Below, piece after piece: positions 1-9,498 of a stretch of DNA of 64,000 nucleotides. The first letter of the stretch is position 1, and every line of letters starts with the position of its first letter. Source of the DNA: Candidatus Roizmanbacteria bacterium RIFCSPHIGHO2_02_FULL_37_13b (lineage in GTDB: Bacteria; Patescibacteriota; Microgenomatia; UBA1406; HO2-37-13b); contig MFZK01000003.1 in the NCBI GenBank assembly GCA_001789395.1, forward strand, positions 48,390-112,389, in the 5' to 3' direction. The position numbers and the translations under genes were made by a program. Below the pieces are notes generated by a model. That model was not told where the DNA came from and did not search any database. It saw nothing but the letters and a program-made list of their open reading frames with translations.

Positions 1-230
1 TACTTATATAAGACCTCATCCTGCAAGTTACTCTTAATGTTAAAAATATTAAATATCTTTATGATGAAATGTTTTGCAAACATAATATAACCCGGCTCAT
101 CCCACGAAATACCATAATGTTTGTAGGTAGAAAAAATAATTATTAATAAAAAAAATGTGAAAGAAATATGCAGATAATATTTTTCAATAAATCTAAATAG
201 GCTCTCTTTTTTATAATAAATATCTTTCAT
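1..230 (-). CDS. GT-C (PMT/ArnT-like) membrane glycosyltransferase, N-terminal part only (runs off the window edge)
   Basis: Manual translation from ATG at 230: MKDIYYKK...STYKHYGISWDEPGY. It has the same YGISWDE motif as the adjacent 227..1768 protein. Confidence 0.7.
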   Translation of the reverse strand, partial: MKDIYYKKESLFRFIEKYYLHISFTFFLLIIIFSTYKHYGISWDEPGYIMFAKHFIIKIFNIFNIKSNLQDEVLYK

Positions 231-1768
231 GTTTTAATAATAAAGACCAACGGTACGCCATCCCTTTTAATGGTTTTTATAATTTGTCCGTGATACTGCT
301 TATCACGTTGCCATCGAGTAAATGTAATAATATAATCTGCTTCTTCGGTTTTGGAGACTAAACTCATATTTTTTTTAAAATAATGAGATGCACTTAGTGA
401 ATTTCCCTCAACTTTGATATCATATAGTTTTTTTTCCTCGTTGATATTGGAATTAAACCATACGACCGCTTCCTTATATGATTTACACCAATAATCTGTT
501 TCAAACTTGCCAAAGGCTCCGGGCAATCCTCCAATAAGTTCATTGTAATATATGTACTGGTAGGGATGAAGAATGATCATCTGCTTCATCACAGACAGGT
601 AATTAATTGTAATGAATACACTGATTATAATTCGCAATACTGAATGTTTTAATTTTAATATAGAATTCAAACCTACGGATGCAAAGATAATCAGTGGAAT
701 AGTCAAAAACAAAAACTGTCGCCAACCATCATAAATAATTGGCCGGATAACAATTTGTAAAAGAAGAGGTATAAAAAAACTAGCAAAAATTATGAGATAG
801 TTTAGTCGATTTATTAAAGTTTTCCTATGATTTTTTATAATAAAATATATTTTGATTATTCCCGTACCGGCTAAGAAAAGAGTAGACAAAGGTATCGTTA
901 TCAACATCATTTTTATGAGATAGTACCAGGGTAAAATAGAAGCGATTATATTCTTTCCTTCAAAAAGCACACTTTCTTGAAACTGAAAATTGGAAGCAGA
1001 AATAAAGAATTCAAAAAGACCTAATATCGGATGTGACCAAAGATAGGGATGAAACAGATGAAGAAAAAGAAGAAAGAAAATCAACAAGACTAGTTGCTTC
1101 TTAATTAAAATATGATTAAGGACTTTCTTTAACTTAACGTCAAGATAAATTAATATAAAAAAAGTCAACAGATAAAGATAGATAAATATGATTCTTTCAT
1201 TGGCTGCCAATGCCAGAAGCAATGATAATATGATAGTTTTATATATATTTTGATTGCTTTTTATATAGTAAATAATAAAGGAAAGAGCCAGACCAAAAAA
1301 AAGAGCTGCTCTAACATCGACGGTGTTGTCAAATATATCGCCAAAAAATCTCGGGGAAAGAAGAAGAATGAAGAGAGAATAAAATCCCATCCGTCGTCCC
1401 AACAGATGTGATGATATTATAAAAACTACCAAAAAAATTGGAACCGATAACAAGGCCTTGATTAAATGGATCGTCTCAAAACTACTGTTGCGGAGCAGAA
1501 ATAGTATTATAATAGTTATAATATCGAGTAAAACTCCATGGCCTTTGAGATGAATTTGAAACAACGGCCCTAGACGTTTTGAATCATCTATAAGATTATG
1601 TTTAATCTGAAAAAAATCAAAGAATTGGATAACGTAATGCTTACCGAAATCAATATAATATTGTTCATCCCATGAAATACCATAATCCTTATAGGTGACA
1701 AATAATAAACCTATCAATACGATTAAAAAAACAAGTACTAACGCATTACGACGTATAAAAACATTCAT
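227..1768 (-). CDS. GT-C fold multi-pass membrane glycosyltransferase (GT39/ArnT-like)
   Basis: Many hydrophobic helices; acidic motif YGISWDE after TM1; C-terminal HPYQYIYYNE..GG...FETDYW motif. Confidence 0.75.
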   Translation of the reverse strand: MNVFIRRNALVLVFLIVLIGLLFVTYKDYGISWDEQYYIDFGKHYVIQFFDFFQIKHNLIDDSKRLGPLFQIHLKGHGVLLDIITIIILFLLRNSSFETIHLIKALLSVPIFLVVFIISSHLLGRRMGFYSLFILLLSPRFFGDIFDNTVDVRAALFFGLALSFIIYYIKSNQNIYKTIILSLLLALAANERIIFIYLYLLTFFILIYLDVKLKKVLNHILIKKQLVLLIFFLLFLHLFHPYLWSHPILGLFEFFISASNFQFQESVLFEGKNIIASILPWYYLIKMMLITIPLSTLFLAGTGIIKIYFIIKNHRKTLINRLNYLIIFASFFIPLLLQIVIRPIIYDGWRQFLFLTIPLIIFASVGLNSILKLKHSVLRIIISVFITINYLSVMKQMIILHPYQYIYYNELIGGLPGAFGKFETDYWCKSYKEAVVWFNSNINEEKKLYDIKVEGNSLSASHYFKKNMSLVSKTEEADYIITFTRWQRDKQYHGQIIKTIKRDGVPLVFIIKT

Positions 1769-2682
1769 TTTTGTGCTATCAAAAACAGATTTCCGGCCGA
1801 TAATTTCACGCTAAATTTACCAAAGCGAGTTTTATTTAATAATTTTAACATCATACTTTTTAGAGATAGAGGTAAAGGCGCCATTTTAGTCCAATGTCTG
1901 ATATTATGAATATTAAATGCATTACCAATGGCTCTTATTTTGAAACCGTGTTTAACAAAGATCTTCACCATTGTATGTTGATCATATAGATAGGTATGTT
2001 CGATATCGATTATCGGACTTCTGTCTTTTAGAATTTTATTGGTCAAGGCACCTATATCGTGATTGTAAAATAAAACCAATCCATCTTTTTTCAATACTCT
2101 GTAACATTCAGCAATTAGGCTGTTTGGTTCTGGTATGTGATCAAGAGTTTGAAAACAACAAATCACATTAAAGAAATTAGCTTTGAAGATGTTGGGCCGA
2201 AAAATGTCTATGGTTATTTGCTTTCTAATATCCAATCGGGCTGTTTTCACAGATTCTTCTCCTGGTTCAATTCCAAAAATCTTCTTGTATCCTTGTCTCT
2301 TTGCCTCCTCCAAAAAAAAGCCGTTACCACAACCTATTTCCAATATATTGTTCTTTGAAACGTCAAAATTTTCTAAGAGTTGTAAATAATGACCATAGGT
2401 CTTTCTTAAGTTATCGGTGTGCTCGCCGTAATCAACATTACTTTTTTTATATAATTTTTCAATTTTGCCATAGTTTAATATTGGATTGGAGTATATCAAT
2501 CCACAAAAACGACACTTTACAATCCGATAATGAATACGGTCGGGGAGACGACGGGCAGAAAAAATCTTTTCATCAATACCTTTGATATCAAAATTCGCTT
2601 TATACAAAACCGAATAATTGTTTTTTTCACATATAGCGCACTTTTGTTCAATCATCTTAGGTCTTTTTATGCTATTATACAT
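1765..2682 (-). CDS. Class I SAM-dependent methyltransferase with N-terminal Zn-binding Cys pairs (sugar modification)
   Basis: CAIC...CRFC; ILEIGCGNG motif I; TLDHIPEP. True start may be MIEQK. Confidence 0.8.
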   Translation of the reverse strand: MYNSIKRPKMIEQKCAICEKNNYSVLYKANFDIKGIDEKIFSARRLPDRIHYRIVKCRFCGLIYSNPILNYGKIEKLYKKSNVDYGEHTDNLRKTYGHYLQLLENFDVSKNNILEIGCGNGFFLEEAKRQGYKKIFGIEPGEESVKTARLDIRKQITIDIFRPNIFKANFFNVICCFQTLDHIPEPNSLIAECYRVLKKDGLVLFYNHDIGALTNKILKDRSPIIDIEHTYLYDQHTMVKIFVKHGFKIRAIGNAFNIHNIRHWTKMAPLPLSLKSMMLKLLNKTRFGKFSVKLSAGNLFLIAQK

Positions 2683-2701
2683 CTACATTTTGTAGATTAA
2701 T

Positions 2702-3487
2702 ATGAATCTTCGTAAAAGTTTACGCAGGAAAATTGTTCAAGTCGCTTTTAACACCCAAAGTTCTTATTCACATATCGGATCATGTTTATCCTGTATTGAT
2801 ATTTTAATTGAGATCTATTTTCATCAAATGAAAAAAAATGATCAATTTATTTTATCAAAAGGACATGCATCTTTAGCTTTATATGTAATTCTTAACTATC
2901 AAAAAAAAATATCCGACGATATGCTAAATACTTATTTGAAGGAAAATACTTTATTAGGTATTCACCCAACATCCAACATGCCAAAACATATTCCCTTAGC
3001 AACGGGAAGTTTAGGCCATGGACTCTCATTTTCTGCAGGTCTAGCAATGGGATATAAAATGAAGTATAAAAAAAATGCTCAAAATGTCTATTGCATGATG
3101 TCAGATGGTGAATGTAATGAAGGTGCTGTATGGGAGGCTGCCCTTTTTTCTGCTCGACATAAATTAGACAACATTATTGCCATTATAGATAAAAATAGAA
3201 TTCAAGCGTTTGATTATATCCATTCTGCGCTAGGTGATGCTGCCTCGTCTGAAAAATGGCGAAGTTTTGGGTTTGACGTTACAGAATGTGATGGCCATGA
3301 TTTAAAGGATCTAAATATTGCATTATCAAAAGCAAAGAAATCTCATAAAGACAAACCTCACCTTATCATTGCCAACACTGTACGCGGAAAAGGTATCAAT
3401 TCAATTGAAAATGATATCAAATCTAATTACGTCGTCATTGATGAAAAACTGTTAAATGAATCATTGATTGATATAGAAAAAATATGA
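2702..3487 (+). CDS. Transketolase, N-terminal (ThDP-binding) subunit
   Basis: SHIGSCLS, FILSKGHA, TGSLGHG, SDGECNEGAVWEA, DGHD motifs. Confidence 0.9.
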   Translation: MNLRKSLRRKIVQVAFNTQSSYSHIGSCLSCIDILIEIYFHQMKKNDQFILSKGHASLALYVILNYQKKISDDMLNTYLKENTLLGIHPTSNMPKHIPLATGSLGHGLSFSAGLAMGYKMKYKKNAQNVYCMMSDGECNEGAVWEAALFSARHKLDNIIAIIDKNRIQAFDYIHSALGDAASSEKWRSFGFDVTECDGHDLKDLNIALSKAKKSHKDKPHLIIANTVRGKGINSIENDIKSNYVVIDEKLLNESLIDIEKI

Positions 3488-4386
3488 GAAAACCATTTGC
3501 AGAAAATTTTATTAAACTGGCCGTACGTGATAAAAAAATAATCTTTTTGACGGGTGACCTTGGATTTAATGCTTTTGAACAATTAAGAGAAACAATCAAT
3601 ACCAGATTTATTAACGCCGGAGTCGCTGAACATAATATGGCTTCCGTTGCAGCAGGATTCGCTCAGGCTGGTTATAAACCTTGGATCTACAGTATCGCTC
3701 CGTTTGTCACTATTAAAATTCTTGAAGAATTAAGAAATGACATCTGCATTCATAATCGAAATGTAAAAATTGTAGGGCTTGGTGGTGGCTTTGACTATGG
3801 TTTGGCCGGGCCGACACACCATATTCTTCAAGATGTTAGTCTTATGTTATCTCTTCCTAACATGACTATCATTGCTCCTGGCTTTGTTGATGATATCGCG
3901 CCAGTGATAAAACAGGCCGATAAATTAATCAGTCCTGTTTATATCAGATTGACCAAAGGACAAGAAACTAACTTTAAGGTACCTATCTTTAAACCAATAA
4001 GAAAATTAATTGACGGAAAGAAAAAGACCGTGGTTGTTTTTGGTTCGATTATTATCGAAACTCTCCAAGCCATACTAAAAAATAAAAGGATGAGAGATGA
4101 TTTTGATGTTTGGCTGGTTTGTCAATTTCCGATTAATATTCCCCCAGAATTAATCCGTTCGATTAGAAATACTGGTAATTTAATTATTGTGGAAGAACAT
4201 CAAAAGAGTGGGTCCTTGGGTTCTGCATTAAAAGATACAGTAATCGATAATAAGATTTCCCTTAAATCTTTTCATCATCTGTGTGTTACAGGCTATAAAT
4301 CGAATAAATATGGAAGCCGACAATTTCATTTAAAAGAAAATCAATTGGATTCGGATAGTATTTATCTTACATTGAAAAAGGATTAA
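3484..4386 (+). CDS. Transketolase, C-terminal subunit
   Basis: LTGDLGF, FINAGVAEHNM, GPTHH, VYIRL, VEEH motifs; ATGA-coupled to the N-terminal subunit. Confidence 0.9.
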   Translation: MRKPFAENFIKLAVRDKKIIFLTGDLGFNAFEQLRETINTRFINAGVAEHNMASVAAGFAQAGYKPWIYSIAPFVTIKILEELRNDICIHNRNVKIVGLGGGFDYGLAGPTHHILQDVSLMLSLPNMTIIAPGFVDDIAPVIKQADKLISPVYIRLTKGQETNFKVPIFKPIRKLIDGKKKTVVVFGSIIIETLQAILKNKRMRDDFDVWLVCQFPINIPPELIRSIRNTGNLIIVEEHQKSGSLGSALKDTVIDNKISLKSFHHLCVTGYKSNKYGSRQFHLKENQLDSDSIYLTLKKD

Positions 4387-4395
4387 AAAACATCT

Positions 4396-5331
4396 ATGAA
4401 TAAAAAAATACCAGGGCCGATTGCGATTTTTGGTGTTGGTGGCTTAATTGGTTTTAATTTGTTTAGGGACTTAATCACATCTAGAACAGATGTATACGGC
4501 CTCTCACATGATCCCGCTAACAACTGGCGATTAAAAACCCTTAAAAAAAATGGTTCTCAAATAATTAAATGCAATATCCTAAATATTAAAGAAATTGAAA
4601 ATTTCATTGTCAGATATCGACCACAAACTATTTTCAATTTAGCTGCCTATGGTGCTTATTCAAATCAAACAGATCCAAAACAAATCTATAAAACAAATTT
4701 TGATGCCACTTTTCATATAATTGAAACATTAAAAAAGAATAGATTTTCTATATACATTCATGCTGGATCACAATCAGAATATGGGTTAAATTGCGATCGT
4801 CCTGATGAAGAGAGTAAACTTATTCCAAACAGTCATTATGCCGTATCAAAAGTCGCATCATATTATTTACTAAAATATTATGCTTGCGTTGAAAAACTTC
4901 CCCTGATTCATGTAAGATTCTATTCTGTATATGGTCAATTTGAGGAACCGACAAGATTGATTCCGACGCTTCTTAGAAGTATTCAGAATAATACATTACC
5001 TAATTTAGTTGATCCAAATATTTCGCGAGATTTCGTATATATTGACGATGTCGTTAAAGCGTTACAGATAATCGCATCAAACTCAAATAAAGCAAATTAC
5101 GGACAAGCATATAATATTGCATCGGGTAGAAAAACAACAATCAAAAAACTTGTTACGCTAGCGATAAAAATTTTTAAGGTACAAAAAGAACCTATATTTA
5201 GTACTATGAAAAATAGATCTTGGGATTTGATCAACTGGGTAGGGGATACCAAAAAAATGAAAGATGCATACGGCTGGTCTGCAACCACTGCTTTAGAGAC
5301 CGGATTAAGGCAAACATATAAACTGTTATGA
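4396..5331 (+). CDS. NAD-dependent nucleotide-sugar epimerase/reductase (extended SDR)
   Basis: GVGGLIG Rossmann motif, YAVSK catalytic motif, RDFVYIDD. Confidence 0.85.
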   Translation: MNKKIPGPIAIFGVGGLIGFNLFRDLITSRTDVYGLSHDPANNWRLKTLKKNGSQIIKCNILNIKEIENFIVRYRPQTIFNLAAYGAYSNQTDPKQIYKTNFDATFHIIETLKKNRFSIYIHAGSQSEYGLNCDRPDEESKLIPNSHYAVSKVASYYLLKYYACVEKLPLIHVRFYSVYGQFEEPTRLIPTLLRSIQNNTLPNLVDPNISRDFVYIDDVVKALQIIASNSNKANYGQAYNIASGRKTTIKKLVTLAIKIFKVQKEPIFSTMKNRSWDLINWVGDTKKMKDAYGWSATTALETGLRQTYKLL

Positions 5332-6035
5332 CAAAACCAGAATATTCAATCATATTCCCGGTATTAAATCAGGCAGATCATATAGAAAAAGTCACGCTAG
5401 GTTATCGGGAAATTTTAAAACATCATAATTATTCATATGAGCTTATCGCTGTCGTAAACGATACGGTCGACAATAGTTTCGAAATCCTCAAAAAACTTAC
5501 AAAAAAATATCCTGAAATAAGGACTTATGAACTTCAGGGGAGAGGATTTGGCTTGGGGATTCTTTATGGATTGCAGAAATCAAACGGTAAATATTTATGT
5601 TACTTAAACTGTGCCCGTATATCAGCTGAGCAATTATTTAAATCCTTGGAAGTATTTAATAAAGACAAATCGTTAGTTATCCATAACGTTCGTATTGACC
5701 GTGAAAATTGGAGCCGGTCATTTGGGTCAATGTTATATAATTCGATCTGTAAATTAATATTCCAAATTCCAAACCATGATATAAACGGAAATCCCAAAGT
5801 CTTCTCAAGAGATGTTTTTAAAAAGTTAAATTTAAAATTTACCGACAGCATGATAGATCTTGAATTTTTAGAAAAAGCCAAGAATTCAAATATTAAGATT
5901 ATTGAAATACCTCTTGATAAATATGAGCGCCACGGAGGTAAATCAACCACAAGCGTTTGGACTATTTTCCGTCTACTTAAAGAGCTGTCTTTATATTTTA
6001 TTAAAACTAGATTTAAATCTAATCACTCTTTGTAG
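5328..6035 (+). CDS. GT2 glycosyltransferase (polyprenyl-phosphate sugar synthase-like, degenerate DxD)
   Basis: SIIFPVLNQ, RGFGLG, DING.PK.F.R, ERHGGKS. Confidence 0.8.
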   Translation: MTKPEYSIIFPVLNQADHIEKVTLGYREILKHHNYSYELIAVVNDTVDNSFEILKKLTKKYPEIRTYELQGRGFGLGILYGLQKSNGKYLCYLNCARISAEQLFKSLEVFNKDKSLVIHNVRIDRENWSRSFGSMLYNSICKLIFQIPNHDINGNPKVFSRDVFKKLNLKFTDSMIDLEFLEKAKNSNIKIIEIPLDKYERHGGKSTTSVWTIFRLLKELSLYFIKTRFKSNHSL

Positions 6036-6709
6036 ACATATCCTTGCTGTAAACATTTGTTAAGGAATTTTTTTTCCTGAGCTTTCGCCCAATCGTATTC
6101 AATATATGGATATTCCTTTCCCGAAAGATTGACCGATAATTTAAAATCTTTTTGCTGAATCTGTAATACATTTTTACAATATATGTTTTGCAGATCTGAC
6201 TTAAAAAATACCTGAAAAAAAAGTAATGATATAACCATGTATAAAACTATCGTGCATAAACTGACTAATTTATTCTGACTATAGAATAAATAAAGATCTT
6301 TCACCAGATGGATATTGCTAAGTTTTAAAATCATTAATATTAAAATTAAAAAAAGCATTACTACAAAGCCTGCTTGAAACCAGCTGGAATAACGGTCTGT
6401 TTTAATTAAATATTCAAATTTTACATTTTGAGGATATGGAAATTGATTACCATAATCAAAAACAATATCATAAGCACAAACTTTTAAAGCTTTGGTCTGA
6501 TTAAAATTATCAAGTTGTCCATCGTAGGTGAATACTATTGTTGCACCGCTACTGACTTCTTTTCCATCACTGCATTTAATCATAGTATTAAAATTATCGA
6601 TGTATTTAAAGGGTTTAAACAAAATCAACAGACTAAAACTGATTATTATTATGACGAATAAAAGAATGAAATTTCTTATTTGGTTAAGAAAATATATGAG
6701 ATTTTCCAT
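6023..6709 (-). CDS. Hypothetical membrane protein
   Basis: 228-aa ORF with about 3 TM segments and paired Cys in the loops. Confidence 0.6.
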   Translation of the reverse strand: MENLIYFLNQIRNFILLFVIIIISFSLLILFKPFKYIDNFNTMIKCSDGKEVSSGATIVFTYDGQLDNFNQTKALKVCAYDIVFDYGNQFPYPQNVKFEYLIKTDRYSSWFQAGFVVMLFLILILMILKLSNIHLVKDLYLFYSQNKLVSLCTIVLYMVISLLFFQVFFKSDLQNIYCKNVLQIQQKDFKLSVNLSGKEYPYIEYDWAKAQEKKFLNKCLQQGYVYKE

Positions 6710-6717
6710 TTAGCTTT

Positions 6718-8760
6718 TTAACTTTCCTCGATACAAATTGTTCCTGAGCATTTAATCGGTTTATACGTCACACCGCAATAAGAATTTAATTTTTTTATTA
6801 ACTCCAGTTGCACAAAACCGCTACGGCCATCATCAATATAAAAATACGTATTTGAGCCCTGGCATTTTTCAGCAATCCTGCAATCAACAACAATTCTTTT
6901 GGGACATTTTTTATTAACATCTTTGATGTAAGCAATTAAACTTTGTGTGTCAATCACAGCAACCTGAGGATTAACATTAAAGTAATTTTTTCTACCCAGT
7001 AAGTAATGTAGATATGTCTCATCGGGATGAAGAATCAGGATTTCATCATCGGAAATCATATCATTAATTAATCGAACGCCACTTTTATGAAGTGTTAGTT
7101 TACTATTCAATTCAAATTGAAATGGATTGTTTTTTATTTTTTGTATTCGCTGGAAGAACAATTCTCCCATCGCCTGTCTTCGCCAAAAGGACGGTAAACA
7201 TATGAAAAGAAATAGCAAACCAATATAAAGCAATAGTCGATATTTTTTTGATAAATTGACAACAACAATTGACAAAACTGCATAAAAAGCCACTATAAAA
7301 AAAGGTGACACAACGAAGAGATTAACCGGATGACTGCGACCGACATAGTAGATCGCGCTTATAAAGCTTGAAATCGATGAAATTAAAATCCAGTAGTGTT
7401 TTCTTTCTTTTCCGATCCGCAAGAGAAACATATTTAAGGACGCAAAAAATACCAGAAAGATAAACCAAAGGTATGATCGGCTTTCAAGCGGTAGCATACC
7501 ATGTCCCGATCTGGCATATTGATTTACTTTATTTAATATGGGAAGAGGATTTATAAGATGTCCGGATAATATAAATTGGATACTATTAATCATAATAAAG
7601 ACTAATGTCAGGGATATTAAAGTTCGAACAATTACTTTGATTAAAGCTAAAAGGTTTATATGTTTTGACAAAAATAAAATAAAAAGCATAAAAAAATAGA
7701 TCATGAATAAATATAACCCGATATCGATAACCCATAATGCTAAAACCGACAAAGACAATGTCATAGTCCAGGATTTAATTTCCTGCCTTTTGTAAACAAG
7801 ATATATGAATAATGTAATAGGCAACCATCTGAGTGGAGTAATCTGTGGTTCAAAAAAAGGTATGTAGTAACTGCAGAAAAAATATAAAGTTATTACGGAA
7901 AAAAAGGCAAGCAAACCAAATATTAAAGACTTACTGCTTTTATATATTAAATAAAAAATCAAAAAAAATTCTATAGCATATAGAAACCAGATAAAGATTG
8001 GCAATGTGATAAAAGAAAATAATTTCAATTTATAAAGATATGCAAAAAAAACTATCATCGAAAATCCGTACTGAGAGGTCGCTTGATTTATTATTGTTTT
8101 ACCGCTTGCGACTTCAAATATAGGACCATAAAAAAAAGAATAATCATGACCCGAGACCGGAAATTGCGGTTCAAAGGTCAAAAAAAAACCAAGTCCAATT
8201 ATGACAATATAAATGCATGCATCGGACAACTTAATACTGAGTTTTTTTGATGATAAGTGTCTGAATAATATAAACCCCCCAAAAGAACAAAAAATGAATA
8301 CTATATATAAAAACCAATTTTTGAAGTAATACAAAGGCTCGCGACTTATTATAAAGGGAAAAATTTCATTTTTTAAAGGAAACTGTCCCACATAGTCAAT
8401 GAAGAGTATCACTAAAAAAGCGATCATGACAATCTTTATGACTTGAGGTAATCCATTTATAAAATTTATGATTTTGTCAGTAAATTTGAATCGATAGAAC
8501 ATTGTTAAAATAACAGTTAATACAAAAATCAAACCTAAATAAAGTGGTATTTCATAAGGTTCGGGTAATACATTATTAACAATAAAATTGCTGTCATGTG
8601 AAAAAGGAGCAACCAAGGGAAAAAATGTATTTAAAAAATCAAGAAGATTGATATATAAAAAAACGGCTACATTTGTAAAAAAAAGAATTATTATACAAAT
8701 GTTAAGTTTTGTTGTGTTTTTTTTTAAGAAAAATATTCGTTTGATTCTATTTAGTTCCAT
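6718..8760 (-). CDS. Large multi-pass membrane protein, probable GT-C glycosyltransferase
   Basis: More than 12 TM helices, HDYSFF..P...SQYG loop and YYVGRSH motif. Start moved to MELNR at 8760. Confidence 0.6.
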   Translation of the reverse strand: MELNRIKRIFFLKKNTTKLNICIIILFFTNVAVFLYINLLDFLNTFFPLVAPFSHDSNFIVNNVLPEPYEIPLYLGLIFVLTVILTMFYRFKFTDKIINFINGLPQVIKIVMIAFLVILFIDYVGQFPLKNEIFPFIISREPLYYFKNWFLYIVFIFCSFGGFILFRHLSSKKLSIKLSDACIYIVIIGLGFFLTFEPQFPVSGHDYSFFYGPIFEVASGKTIINQATSQYGFSMIVFFAYLYKLKLFSFITLPIFIWFLYAIEFFLIFYLIYKSSKSLIFGLLAFFSVITLYFFCSYYIPFFEPQITPLRWLPITLFIYLVYKRQEIKSWTMTLSLSVLALWVIDIGLYLFMIYFFMLFILFLSKHINLLALIKVIVRTLISLTLVFIMINSIQFILSGHLINPLPILNKVNQYARSGHGMLPLESRSYLWFIFLVFFASLNMFLLRIGKERKHYWILISSISSFISAIYYVGRSHPVNLFVVSPFFIVAFYAVLSIVVVNLSKKYRLLLYIGLLFLFICLPSFWRRQAMGELFFQRIQKIKNNPFQFELNSKLTLHKSGVRLINDMISDDEILILHPDETYLHYLLGRKNYFNVNPQVAVIDTQSLIAYIKDVNKKCPKRIVVDCRIAEKCQGSNTYFYIDDGRSGFVQLELIKKLNSYCGVTYKPIKCSGTICIEES

Positions 8761-9451
8761 GAATGCAATACACAGCACAACATAATTTTGAAATAATAGG
8801 TATGTTTTCAATTAGTGGTTGCATTTTTTTCGTCAATTTGGCAATCCAATCGGGAGCAAAAAAAGGGACCAACCCTATAAAGTCTTTTTTTAATATTCTA
8901 TAATTATTATTTTTCACCCACCTATTTAATAGGTATGGTGCATATGATTTTTCCCCATGCTGTCTGTGATAAGATGATGTTTTTTCGATGACTTTTAATA
9001 GTGGATTATAACCATTTGGTTCGATAATCAAAATTTCGGACGCTATTTTGGCAATCACTGCTATTGCTCTCTCTGGTTGGTCGATATGATGTAAGACTCC
9101 TCTAATTATAGCTAAATCAAAGTTTTTGAATTTGTCTTCTAATGAATATATGTCATGGTAATAAAATTCTAGTTTGTTTTTCTTACAATATTTTTTTTGA
9201 GCATAAATGATAGCGTTCCTCGAAATATCCGTTCCAATCATCAACTTAGGCTTACATCTTTCATAAAGTGTTTTTGTATATATACCATCTCCACAACCTA
9301 TGTCTATAACCTTTTTATCTTTAATTTGCAATTTTGATATTGTGTATTCAGTCAATGTTTGATTGGCGATTCGACTGCTTAATCCTTTGGTGTGAGTATA
9401 AAGATAACCGCCGTTTAGCGTCATGTCGTGGTCAAATGGATTTTTTGACAT
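8747..9451 (-). CDS. Class I SAM-dependent methyltransferase
   Basis: VIDIGCGDG, GVLHHI, IIEPN. Confidence 0.85.
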   Translation of the reverse strand: MSKNPFDHDMTLNGGYLYTHTKGLSSRIANQTLTEYTISKLQIKDKKVIDIGCGDGIYTKTLYERCKPKLMIGTDISRNAIIYAQKKYCKKNKLEFYYHDIYSLEDKFKNFDLAIIRGVLHHIDQPERAIAVIAKIASEILIIEPNGYNPLLKVIEKTSSYHRQHGEKSYAPYLLNRWVKNNNYRILKKDFIGLVPFFAPDWIAKLTKKMQPLIENIPIISKLCCAVYCIHGTK

Positions 9452-9498
9452 ATTCTTTTTAAAAACACATTATAATATTTTCAAAAGATATTTATTTT

